A stretch of DNA of 64,000 nt from Rebecca billardiae RCC1528 (lineage: Eukaryota > Protista > Haptophyta), in contig OZ251239.1 of assembly GCA_965240325.2 (NCBI GenBank), positions 248,001 to 312,000 on the forward strand. The letters are read 5' to 3'. The translations under genes and the position numbers were made by a program. The notes beneath the pieces are model-generated. The model ran no database searches. It saw only the letters and a program-made list of their open reading frames with translations, and was not told where the DNA came from. Every line of letters begins with the position of its first letter. The first letter of the stretch is position 1. Of the stretch, positions 34,876 to 45,100 are shown piece after piece.

Positions 34876-36105
34876 ATGATGCGGCCCAGCCGCCACCCTC
34901 CGTCCGCCACGGCCGGCGTCGCGGTGGTGGCCCTCGCCCTCGTTTCCGGCGTCCTGGTGCGCCCTGTAGAGGGCGCCCTCTTTGCACGGCGGCCAACGCC
35001 GTTCGCGGCCGCGGGCTGCCGCCACTCCGTGCGCGGCGCGCGCGGCGCACCGCACGCCGTGGCCCCCGCGCTCGCCACGGTGTCTCCTCGCGGCGAGCCG
35101 CGCTCTCCCCGTCACGTCTTCCTGGGCGTGCTGCCGGCGGTGGCGTACGGCGGCCTTGCTGCGACCACCATCGTCGCGGCCTCGCTGCTCGTGCCGATCC
35201 TCTCGGGCCCCGGGGCCCTCGCCCTCATCGGCGGCACGATTGGCATTCCGGCGGCCACGCTCGCGGCGCAGGTGCTCGGCCCATCCGGCGGCCGCATCGC
35301 GCGCAGCATGGGCGGCGTGCCCGCGGGCGCGGAGCTCGTCGCGCTCGCTCGCGAGGCCGCCTCGGCCGTGGGCGTGCCCGAGCCCAAGGCCGTGTACAGC
35401 ATCCCCGCCCGCGAGGCGAATGCGTTTGCGACTGGCCTTCGCGGCAACACGGCTGTCGCCGTCACGCAGGGCCTCGTGGACTCGCTGAGCGAGCGCGAGC
35501 TCAAGGCCGTGCTCGCGCACGAGATGGGCCACCTGAAGCACAAGGACGTCGGCCGCAACATGCACGTCGCCATCGCCGCGGCGGGCCTGGGCGGGGTATT
35601 CCGCGCGGGCCAGGGGCTGCTGCGCGTGGCGAGCCAGCAGCAGCAGCAGCAGCGCGCCGGCGGGGCGGCCCCGCGGAGTGCGCGCGCGAGGGACGAGCGG
35701 GGCGAGACGGACGAGCCCGCGTCCCCCGGGGCGCTCACGGGCGTGGCCGCGGCGCTCTGCGTCGCGGGGCTCACCACGCAGGCCATGGCGCACGCGCTCC
35801 GGCTCGGCGCGAGCCGCGCCGCCGAGCTCGAGGCCGACCGTGCGGCCGCTGAGGCGTTTGGCGCGGACGCGCTCATCTCTGCGCTGCAGAAGATCAGCCA
35901 GGGCGCGCGGACGCACGCTGACCTGCGCAACAGCGCGCTTGGTTCGTCCATGGCCCACGTGATGATCAGCAACGGGCCGGGCGCCGCGCCAGTGACAGCC
36001 GACGCGCCGCCCACGCTCAACCGCTTGCTCGGCCGCGCGCGGCAGCTGCTGAGCACGCACCCGTCGCTGGAGGTGCGGGTCGCGGCGTTGCGAGCGATCC
36101 GCTGA
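34876..36105 (+). CDS. htpX: M48 family zinc metallopeptidase (HtpX-like), probably plastid-targeted
   Basis: NAFATG, VAVTQGL, ELKAVLAHEMGH (HExxH), SRAAELEAD, LISALQKI and STHPSLEVR. The N-terminus has a signal peptide plus an R/A/S-rich transit-like stretch. Intronless. Confidence 0.9.
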   Translation: MMRPSRHPPSATAGVAVVALALVSGVLVRPVEGALFARRPTPFAAAGCRHSVRGARGAPHAVAPALATVSPRGEPRSPRHVFLGVLPAVAYGGLAATTIVAASLLVPILSGPGALALIGGTIGIPAATLAAQVLGPSGGRIARSMGGVPAGAELVALAREAASAVGVPEPKAVYSIPAREANAFATGLRGNTAVAVTQGLVDSLSERELKAVLAHEMGHLKHKDVGRNMHVAIAAAGLGGVFRAGQGLLRVASQQQQQQRAGGAAPRSARARDERGETDEPASPGALTGVAAALCVAGLTTQAMAHALRLGASRAAELEADRAAAEAFGADALISALQKISQGARTHADLRNSALGSSMAHVMISNGPGAAPVTADAPPTLNRLLGRARQLLSTHPSLEVRVAALRAIR

Positions 36106-36506
36106 GAATAATGGGCACTTGGGCAGCACGAGCTAGCTCACAAAGTTGCAATAATGCAGGGCCGCGCGCAATCGAGTCGCGTTATTCAGATGACTCCGTC
36201 AGTCTGATCGACTCAGATTATTATTCATATATATATATATATATATAATCATCACGGCTCGGGTCTATCAGTCAGTAATCTGATGAGCCAGTTCTTATTG
36301 CACCGCGCCTGCCTTGCTCGGCCCCCGCACGCTCGCGCCATGGCGGCGCGGGAGGCCAGATCCAGCGCTCCAGGTTGTACGCGCTCACCAGGACCGAGAG
36401 CCGACGATCAATATCGTCGTCATTCAAATTCAATGATCAGCAGGCATCAGTTGGTTGGGGACCGCCCGTCAGTCTGACTCGCGCCAATAAGGAGAGTAGA
36501 TAGCTG

Positions 36507-37643
36507 CTATTCCAGCGGCGCGTGCGCCTCCTCGAGCGCGCCAAGCCAGCATGGGTGCCTGCGATGCGCGCACACCACGTTCGACCACCTGTGGAACTCG
36601 TACTCCTTCGCCCAGCACCGCGTGATGCGGTACGTCCGGCCGACGCCCGCCCAGTAGCAGTCGTACCCGTGCTCGGCGAGCAGCGCGATCGACGTGGAGA
36701 GCTTCCGGTACTGCCACGGGCCGATGCGGTGGTACTCGAACTGGACGAGCGCGACCTGCCCCGTGCCGAGAGTGCGCGTCGCCCCTTGCAGCACCAGCGC
36801 GTCGCTTCCCTCCGTGTCCACTGTGAGCACCGTTGGCACTCGAACCACCGCGGCAGCACGCTCAGAAGCGTTCGCCCCCGGCACGCGGGCGCTGCCGCCG
36901 CCGCCGCCGCGGCCAAAGACAAGCTGGTCCACGGTCATGGCGCGGACTTGGACGGTTTCGCCCTCCTTGACGGTTTCGCCCTCCTTGCGCTTGAGCTGGT
37001 GCACAGTCTCTATCCCGGCGAGCGTCGCATCCACCGCAGGGAACGTGACCGTCGCGTTGGTCTCGCCGGGGCGAAGGTGTGTCATTGCGGCGTGAATGAT
37101 CCGGAGCCCGCTGTCGCGCCAGTTGGCGGCGGCGCGCGCGCCTTGGAGCAAAGCCGCGTTCACCGGGAGCGCCTCGACGCACTCAATGAGCGGCGTCTGC
37201 ACGCGCGAGAGCGGCGCGCCCGCTGGCGGCCGCGGGTAGTCTTCGCGGCACTGGAGGCACGCGCCACATGCGTTCTTGCCGTGCTCGCGCATCCGCTTGT
37301 TCACGGCGCCGAGCGCGGCGCGCCAGCTCTTGGCCGAGAGCGCAGCGGCGGGCGCTGCCGCACTGAACATGCGCGTCCAGCCGGCGCAGTCATACCCCTT
37401 GTTCCCGCCCACCACGAGCACGCGCGCGTGCTCGACGGCGCAGCCGCGCGCGCTGCGCGCCGCGATCGTCGCCAGCCACGACTCGGTCGGGCAGCTGGAC
37501 ACTTGCATCACATTGTCGCGCCGGAAGGCGCGGAGGATGGCAGCACACTGCAAAGCGTCATGCCCAGGGGCGGCTGGCTCCGCCGCGCGTGCGCGCACGA
37601 CCAGCACGAAGAGCACCGCCCGGCGAACGGCCCCGGCCGCCAT
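36507..37643 (-). CDS. FkbM-family SAM-dependent methyltransferase with N-terminal signal peptide
   Basis: VVGGNKGYD, ECVEALPVN, AMTVDQL and VLTVDTEGSDALVLQGA...VQFEYH. ATG at 37643. Intronless. Confidence 0.85.
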   Translation of the reverse strand: MAAGAVRRAVLFVLVVRARAAEPAAPGHDALQCAAILRAFRRDNVMQVSSCPTESWLATIAARSARGCAVEHARVLVVGGNKGYDCAGWTRMFSAAAPAAALSAKSWRAALGAVNKRMREHGKNACGACLQCREDYPRPPAGAPLSRVQTPLIECVEALPVNAALLQGARAAANWRDSGLRIIHAAMTHLRPGETNATVTFPAVDATLAGIETVHQLKRKEGETVKEGETVQVRAMTVDQLVFGRGGGGGSARVPGANASERAAAVVRVPTVLTVDTEGSDALVLQGATRTLGTGQVALVQFEYHRIGPWQYRKLSTSIALLAEHGYDCYWAGVGRTYRITRCWAKEYEFHRWSNVVCAHRRHPCWLGALEEAHAPLE

Positions 37644-37644
37644 A

Positions 37645-37690
37645 CAGTTTACTAAGAATAAGAGACGCACACAGCTCAGGCAGGCGAGAT
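37645..37690. mobile_element. Solo end of the Tc1/mariner-like MITE family, abutting the FkbM start codon
   Basis: 37643-37682 is the exact 40-bp reverse complement of 8263-8302. Confidence 0.6.
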
Positions 37691-38960
37691 TGACGCCCGT
37701 ACTCATTCTATGATATCGCGCAAAGAAGCACGACAGTCGACGGGAGGCGATGGATCGGCTCCTTGTGCTTTGCTGCGCTGATGAGCGGGGCCCGAGGATG
37801 CCCAAGTGGCTCGGCTCGATAGCAGGTCGTAGTTACTAGAAGCGCCAAGCGGCCACGACGATAATGAGCTGGGGCTGGCCACCTGCTTGACGAATAAGAA
37901 GCTGCCTGGATGCTGATGGAGAAGCTCCCAAGAGATCAATCTCAGCACATGCTATCTCAAGAGCCGCCGCCAAATAAATAGACACGACCGCAGTTCAATC
38001 TGCTTCGTATCGAAGCAGATTTGACGGCGGCCGCTGCGCGCGCTTTGCGGCCCACCCACGCGCGCCTGGGCGTTGAACACGGCTTGAGAGTGCCCAGGCA
38101 TGGTCTAGCTACCCTCAGACAGCCGCCAGCCTAGTACCTCCAGCTTCACCGCCTCCACGATGGCAACGCGCGGCGGCGCCGAGCTGCCGTCGTGCTGGCT
38201 GGGCGCTCGACTGGCCCGCGACACCCGGCTGCACTCCTTGCAGCCGCTTCAAGCACGTGGGCGACCGACAAAGATGATTGTAGACAGTGTACATACTGAG
38301 CGCGTTACTCTGCGCGCGTTCGCATGACCAATCACGCTGAAAGTGCCCACCAGCCAGCCGCGCGGGACACGCTGAGGCACGGGTCGGGCTCCGTCCTTGC
38401 GGCATGCCGCACGCGGTGTGTACACCGAGTGCAAGTCAGGCAGGCGCTTGGCGGGAGTGGTGGTATCGCTTCTTCGCTTGTCTTGGCGTCGATCGCAGGC
38501 GCGACGCGCGTACCCCTCGCAAGTACACCCTCCTCGTGCTCAGTGTCACTCGCGCGGAGCCCACGGTGAGGGATCTTGAGCTCGAGGTGCAGCGTACGAG
38601 CCTACTGGCGCTGAGTAGCAGCCTACCGACCGGCGCACGGGTGACGACCGTCATCCATTACGTTATGATACCCCTCCCAGCCTCACGCCGCAGCCTGACG
38701 ATCACCTCCGCAGCGGTTTGAGCACCATTCCAAATCTGCTTCGTGGCATGTTCAAACGCTCGTTTGGCACTCCGTCTGGACGCCGTGGCACGGGAGAAGG
38801 GGAAGGGCGGTGGCGGCGAGGCTCGGGTCATCGATGGGTATGGTCCCAAAGATGCCCCCAAGCGTGCGCGCGCCCGCTCGCGCCGTCTACCTGCGCGCCC
38901 AGCGCTCCCACGCCGCCGCCCACCCAAATCTGCTTCGTATAGAAGCAGACTGTGGTAAGG

Positions 38961-38962
<2 letters not shown>

Positions 38963-39050
<88 letters not shown>
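38963..39050. repeat. (TA)44 microsatellite flanked by hairpins
   Basis: Read directly. A perfect 14-bp stem hairpin lies at 39060-39093 and tctgcttcgtatagaagcaga at ~38929-38949. Confidence 0.95.
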
Positions 39051-39051
<1 letters not shown>

Positions 39052-39138
39052 TCTTGCAAGGCGGAATACTCTTGCAAGGAAGAGTATTCCGCCGAAGCTG
39101 CCGCGGATGCGCATGCATCTCCGCTGGACAGAACGAGC

Positions 39139-40825
39139 GTGAAGAAGCCCAAAGAAGGCACCACCACCTCGACGAGGGTCACTCCTCGCTCGAAGGTAGA
39201 GCGCGAATCGCCACAGAGCGCGCGCGACACATCGACCAATGCACTTGTGACGACACTTGTGTCGAAGAAACGTGACTGGATAGTCATCGAAGGAGGAGTC
39301 ACAGACTCTAATCCAAACAAGAAGGAACGTGTGTTCATGGCACGCGAATCCTCGGCAGGAGTGGACATACCCGCCACACACAAGCTGACACAGTCGGCTC
39401 TGAAATCCAAGCGCGCGGTACACAGCGCGATACGGGATGCACTCGCAGAAGTGAGCACCTACTACAAGGGCAAATCCTCAGATGTCACACCTGTCCTGAC
39501 ATAATGGAGCCCAAGGATAGCAAGCTATCCGGCTTTCAACTCAGGGTCGTTCTTCCGAGCCCCCCCACGCTTTTTCCCCAGCCTGCCCGAACATTGTTGT
39601 ATGAGGACCTATTGCGAACGCGGGGGCGTGGAGGCCTCCCCAGGATGACGAAACTTGGCCGGGACCAAGTGTTGTTGGAAATCCAAACAACACTTGGTCC
39701 CGGCCAAATTTCGTCACATACTATCTCGTCCCGAAAGATCGCAGGACGGAAGCTTCTGTGACTTCCAACATCGGCCCACGAGAGGGTCGAGAGCATGCCG
39801 TGCGTGCGTGCGGCGGTCGGCGGAGACAAGTACGACCGGCGCGTTCGCGCGCGCGCTCGTATGCTCGGCGGCGGTGGTGTTGAGGCTGGCCAGTCACGTG
39901 TGACGCCTGGCTGCGCTCGCGTGCTTGAGCGCAGCTTGTGCGGCGCAAGCCTCCGTTGTGTGATCTGACGTGCGCAGAATGCACTCGTCGCGCCTTGCGC
40001 CCGGAGCGTTTGAATTCGTAGAAGATTTCGACTCAGCCACGATGCACACGGTCGTGCGTGTCTCCAGAAGACACTTAAGAGCAGGGCTCGACCGTGGCAT
40101 GCCCACCATCTCCTCATATCATCTCGCTTAGCTGTCTGCGCACACGCGACCAGCTCCACCGTGCTCGGCTGTCGGCGCCCGCTTGCGCGGTCGGTCGGTG
40201 GGACACCTGGTTGCCTACATTGCACACACGAGCTTCTCTTTGCAGATCAAGTGTGCGTTGGCGCTCTGACTGCCGCCCCTCGCCGACATCATGCGCACGA
40301 GAAGGGCCTGCACGTGCACGACAGGGACGCTAGGGTCGCGGGCTGCCCTCGCTGAGCTTCTCCTAGGCTCCCTTGGGCGAGCAGGTGCCGATCCTCCCGC
40401 AATCTCAATAGCTACCGGCGCAACTCCAAAACGGAAAGGAAATGCTCGCAAGAACGCCCGCGGCCCCTCGTTTTGAGCCCGAACATTTTTGTAAGCCACC
40501 CTAGACAAATGCTTCAGGACAGATACCCGTCTGGGCGAGCTTGCGGGGGCTCGGAAGAACGACCCTCATTGCCAAAGACAAATGGGTGAAAGACGCAGCC
40601 AAAATCGATCCATACAAGGCTGACAACGCTGACGCCAACAAGATCGGATCGGTCTACGATCGATCTGCGGCAGCGATATTCAAGCAGCTGAAGGACTCTA
40701 TTGAGCCTCAGTTATTCGCCTATCTGGAATCGAAGCTGCACATCAGCGATCCGACCAAGAACTACTTGGATCTGGCGCTGCTGCTACAGATATTTGAGCG
40801 CGAGCTCAAGATCACGACTATTTAA
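39139..40825 (+). pseudogene. Degenerate gag-like (Copia-type) retrotransposon fragment split by a MITE
   Basis: Lower-GC, A-rich coding style. Removing 39544-40568 rejoins ...KLSGFQL|IAKDKWVKD...AAAIFKQLKDSIEPQLFAYL...LALLLQIFERE. There is a frameshift near 39500. The gag identity is an inference. Confidence 0.55.
39544..40565. mobile_element. PIF/Harbinger-like MITE (1022 bp)
   Basis: TIR GGGTCGTTCTTCCGAGCCCCC / GGGGGCTCGGAAGAACGACCC. 3-bp TSD TCA at 39541-39543 and 40566-40568. Excision restores the host reading frame. Confidence 0.88.
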
Positions 40826-40943
40826 TGTGTATGGCGGGCCGTATTTTCGTGTAGTTTTGCGGGCAACGACCACTCGTACCTCGGGCCGTCAGGAAAAGCT
40901 ATGGCCATGGGAGTGTCGCCACATCGGGCATCGGCCAGTCTTT

Positions 40944-43081
40944 ATGCCGGGGGGGATGCACGGCGTGCACGGCGTGGCATGGGCCTGGCTCAGCGTGGCC
41001 TGCGCGTGGGTGAGCCTTTCTGGCTGCGTCGGCATGCTCTACGCGTCGGGCGTGCTGTACCCGCACATCCTGGCTGAGATGGGCGGCGCGAAATCGGGCG
41101 CGGAGGCGCGTGTGGCCGCCATCTACAGGTGGATACGGGTGATCTGGACAGTGGCCGACCCAACTCACGCGGAGGCCTCCCTGGGAGCATTGGGGTCGAA
41201 GGGGCGCCAGGGACGGACTTCAGGGGGTCCCTGGAGTTCCGCCGCAGCGCGCTTTCTGCGCTGCGGGCCCGTCTCCGCGCGTGGCGGCCGCAATGGCACT
41301 GTCCAATTAGCCCCTGGCACTGGCTGAGGCATGGGAATCGAGCTCAGAGACGCGCGCGCGGAGGAAAAGCGTGTGCAGCGGCTCGGACGGTTGCTCTGGG
41401 ACCTACCCACGCCAGCGCAACCGCGCCTTGCCTCGGAGTCCGCCCTTCCTGAGTCCGCGCACGCGCCTTGCGGCTTGAAACGCTGGCGTTCGCCCTTGTG
41501 CGCGGGACTCACGAAACAAGGCGAAGGCGGCGAGAAGCGCGACCTGGCGCGTGCGCAGACGACGTCTCACGACCAGGTGAGTTCAGCGAACATCGTGCGC
41601 CGTCGTGGCGACCCGCCAGTGGGCGCTCGTGCTCGTTCGCCCACGAGCCCTCGCCACGAGGCCCGCCGCCCGCTGAGTGTCCAGATAGCCCCTGTGTCCA
41701 GTTAGCCCGTATCCACCTGTACTCGGTCCAGCTGCTCGGCGCGACTTTGCCCGGGCTGGTGGTCGGGCCGCTGTGCGAGCGGTTCGGCCACGCGCGCGTG
41801 ATCGGCGCGGCGAGCCTGCCTCTCCTGCTGAGCGGCGTGTGGTGCAGGCACGCGGCCACGCTGCCCCAGCTGTATGCCGCGGTGGGCGCGTGCGGGGGCG
41901 TGGCGGTCTGTCTCGTCTTCATGACAGCGTACTCCGTCCCGTCCGTGCACGACTTTGGCCGACGGGCCGGGCTAGCCGCGGGCCTCTTGGCCACAGGCTC
42001 GTCCATGGGCCACGCCACACTCAGCTGCGTGTACACGTACGCACTCGCACGCGGCGCCAGTTGGCGGGTCGTGTACGCCAACGCGGCGCTGGGGTGTGCC
42101 GCGCTCAACGCGCTCGCGGCGGCGGCGCTTGGCGGCGCCCTGCGCGCCTCGCAGCGCGCGGCGTCAGCGCGCCCGGCCGAGCGAGATCCACAGCGCCCCG
42201 AGAGCACCCCCGACGAGGCGGCGACGACGGCCCGCCCCGCGCCGCCGTGCTGTGGCGCAGGCGGGCTCGTCGACCCCGGCATCCTGGCCAGAGAACCGAC
42301 GCTGCGCGTGCTCGCACTTGCCTACTCGCTGGCGGCGCTCGGCTTCTGGTCGCCGTTCAACTTCGTCGTGTCGCAAGCCGAGCGGCACGGCGTGCACGAC
42401 GAGCTGTTTGCAGCGGCGCTCAGTGCCACCGCCGCCGCCGCGGGCATCCTTGGGCGGCTGCTCGGCCCGGCGGCTCTGATCGACTGGCTGGGGCTCCCGC
42501 CGCTGCGCTGCTTCAAGCTGGGCATGGCGGCGCTCGGCGTGGCGACGTGCACGCTCCCGGGCTGGGCGGCCGCGCACGCGCCGCGCGCCGCGCTGCTCGC
42601 GTACTCCGCGCTCCTCGGCGCCCTCGGCGCAACGTACATCGCCCTCGGCCCGCTGGTGCTCGCGCAGCTGTACGGCCGCGAGCGCGTGACTCGCCTCTAC
42701 TCTCAGGTAGTCATGCACGAGCTGTGGGGACTGCTGCTGGGGCCGATTGCGTTCGGCGCGCTGGCGAGCTCGACAGGCTCGTACCAGCCTGGATGGGTGC
42801 TGCTCGGCGGCGCGAGCCTCCTCGTGCTCCCGCTCTGCACGCTCATCGGCCGCGAGGAGACTGGACGGGCGGCGAAGGGCGCGGGCGGCGCGGGCGCACC
42901 GCCCGACACTGCGGGGCTGATGACGCTCAAGACGCCAGCTGCAAGGCACGCACTGCCGATGCCTGCACCCCCTTCATGGGTGGTGCAAGGGATGGCGCTC
43001 GCGGCCACGGCCATCACCGGCTCGCCATCACGTGATGGCGGCTTGGCGGTGACCGAGTCGGACGGTCGATGGGCGAGCTGA
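40944..43081 (+). CDS. MFS monocarboxylate transporter (MCT/SLC16-like), interrupted by a MITE
   Basis: TM1 AWAWLSVACAWVSL..GVLYP; GPLCERFGHARV; FGRRAGLAAGL..TGSSMG; GILGRLLG; GPIAFGAL..STGSY. The two halves join perfectly (AAIY|SVQLL) once 41126-41721 is removed. Could be a pseudogene if the MITE is not spliced out. Confidence 0.8.
41126..41719. mobile_element. Tc1/mariner-like MITE (594 bp) inside the MFS coding sequence
   Basis: TA|CAGGTGGATACGGG ... CCCGTATCCACCTG|TA. Subterminal tgtcca(g/a)ttagccc-type repeats at ~41300, ~41678 and ~41695. Confidence 0.92.
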
Positions 43082-43343
43082 TGCTGCCGGCGACGACTGC
43101 CCGCTCGGCCGCTCCGACGCGTGCCAACTTATTCAGCCCCAACGCGGGCGCGGCCCTCGTCCTCGTTAGTCGTGGCCACGGGATGATTATGATGACGATG
43201 CCGGACGAGGCGCGGATGATCACGCGTGCGTGACTCGATATACATCGATATGATGCCGAGACGGCCATACACTCAGTGATTATTAGGCCTTCTGAATCAT
43301 ACAGCCAGCGACGGCTCTGTGCCAATCTGTGGCACCGCTGCTA

Positions 43344-43458
43344 TATATATATATTATATATATATATATATATATTATATAATATGAGATATAGACATAG
43401 CGTCGTAGTGGCCTTAGTAACTCAGTCCGTTATTATTAGTCTCTCTCTCTCTCTCTCC

Positions 43459-43504
<46 letters not shown>

Positions 43505-43640
43505 ACTCCGCGAGTCTCTGGCTCTCTCTCTCAGACTCTCTCTGGCTCTCTCTCTCTGAAATCTCTGGCGGCTCTCTCTCTCTCTCTCTCTCTCTACTCT
43601 CTCTCTCTCTCTCTCTAGCTCTCTAGACTCTATATATACA
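43344..43640. repeat. Compound (TA)n / (CT)n simple repeat region
   Basis: Read directly from the sequence. Confidence 0.9.
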
Positions 43641-43821
43641 ATTACAGCGCAGTCGTACGGTATTATTATGCTACGGTCACTCGGCCGCGCGTCGGCGTAC
43701 GTCGAGTTGACCGAGGGCGAGTACTCAGTACTCAGTAGTAGGCGTAGCAGTCGTCTGATGACGATCGTCAGCAGCGACGATAGTACTGCTAGTAGCGTTC
43801 GTCATCGACATCGTCATCATA

Positions 43822-44958
43822 TCATGACGAACGCCGAGCGGCACGACGCGTGATAGCTCGAGCCGTGGCGTGGCGTGGCGAGCTGGCAACGGCAGCACGT
43901 TGGCGCACGGATCGGCCGTGTGATGCCGCGCGCACTGCGCGCGTGCTGTTCGCGTCGCCGCCTCGGCCAGCGCGAGCGTGGGAACTGGGTTGTGCCGGGG
44001 GGTCCGAGGCGATCTCGCGCGCGAGGATGAGATGTGCAGCGCCCTCGCCCGCACCAAGGGCCCACGGAGGCGGCGCCTCGCGCGGCCGGCTGTTCCACGC
44101 CAGCTTGCGCGCCTCGAGGCCAACCGTGGCCGCCCTCACCTCGCGCGCCGCCAGGAGGCGCGCGCTCCGGCGCGTACGCGCCTCATGCTCAGCAAGTGCG
44201 TCCGCGGTGTCCGGGTGGCGTGCGGCCGTGCGCCGGGGCGGAGGGCGCGGCGGCGATGAGCGGTTGCGAGGCGTCCGACTGCGGTCGTAGATGCGGATCG
44301 TCCCGCCGTGCACACGCTCGCCGTCCGCCGACTCGCCCACAAAGTGCAGCGTGCTCGGCAGCTCGGCGAGGGCTTGCAGCACCACGGCCGCGCCCGTGGC
44401 GCCCGGCGGCACGTCGGAGCGGTGCACGCCGCGAGTGACTTGGGCGGGCTCGCCGGCGGATGCACCACCGGCCTCGTACAGGCGGAGTGTCACCACGCCG
44501 CGCTGCATCGCGAGGGCGTTCGACGGGTCGGACAGGTCGAGCCGCAGCGCGCCGCCGCGCCTCACATGTATCGTGCGGCCCGCAACACCGTCGATGCAGA
44601 GCACGTGAGGCCCTGCCACGCCCTCGGAGGCGACACTCACTCGGACGCTCTTGAGTGGAGCGTGCAAGGGCGCCGAGCGCGCGCGCACACGATCGGCGCT
44701 GACGCTGCGTCGTCCGCTGTCCACGGCGGGGCGCGAGCCATGCACACGCGCGACGTGATGGGCGCGCACGCGTGCGGCTTCCTTGTCGGCGACGAGACGA
44801 TTGGGCGCCCACAGCGCACGCGGCAGGTACTCGGCGCCACGCTTACTCGCGCCCGCGGCCCACGCCCCGTGGCTGAAGGCAGGCCGATCGTAGTACGCAT
44901 CCTCGTGGCGCCGCTCCCACGGCCGTCTCGGGCGGTTAGCGGGCGGTCGAGCCGCCAT
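43822..44958 (-). CDS. Hypothetical protein with a degenerate cupredoxin-like beta-sandwich segment
   Basis: ORF from ATG 44958. The segment IDGVAGRTIHVRRGGALRLDLSDPSN...PGATGAAVVL...LPSTLHFVGE...GGTIRI resembles a cupredoxin-like module. The 3' end may be spliced. Confidence 0.55.
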   Translation of the reverse strand: MAARPPANRPRRPWERRHEDAYYDRPAFSHGAWAAGASKRGAEYLPRALWAPNRLVADKEAARVRAHHVARVHGSRPAVDSGRRSVSADRVRARSAPLHAPLKSVRVSVASEGVAGPHVLCIDGVAGRTIHVRRGGALRLDLSDPSNALAMQRGVVTLRLYEAGGASAGEPAQVTRGVHRSDVPPGATGAAVVLQALAELPSTLHFVGESADGERVHGGTIRIYDRSRTPRNRSSPPRPPPRRTAARHPDTADALAEHEARTRRSARLLAAREVRAATVGLEARKLAWNSRPREAPPPWALGAGEGAAHLILAREIASDPPAQPSSHARAGRGGDANSTRAVRAASHGRSVRQRAAVASSPRHATARAITRRAARRSS

Positions 44959-45100
44959 GACGAGGGCTGACGATTTTTTTTTAAAAACCAGCAGCCGCTT
45001 TATTCGTCCGCGCGCCTGTCTTGATTTTCGGGCGCAGCCCCGCGCGCGCCCGCGAGAAGCGCGCGCCGCACCGGGGAGGTGGCCCCCCGCGGCGAGCGCC

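Noticed and set aside
38658-39458. ORFs with poly-(IY) runs (also at 58756-59327)
   Set aside because: They are translations of (TA)n microsatellites.
41468-41720. N-terminus of the 537-aa MFS ORF in the track
   Set aside because: It is MITE sequence. The true N-terminus is at 40944-41125.
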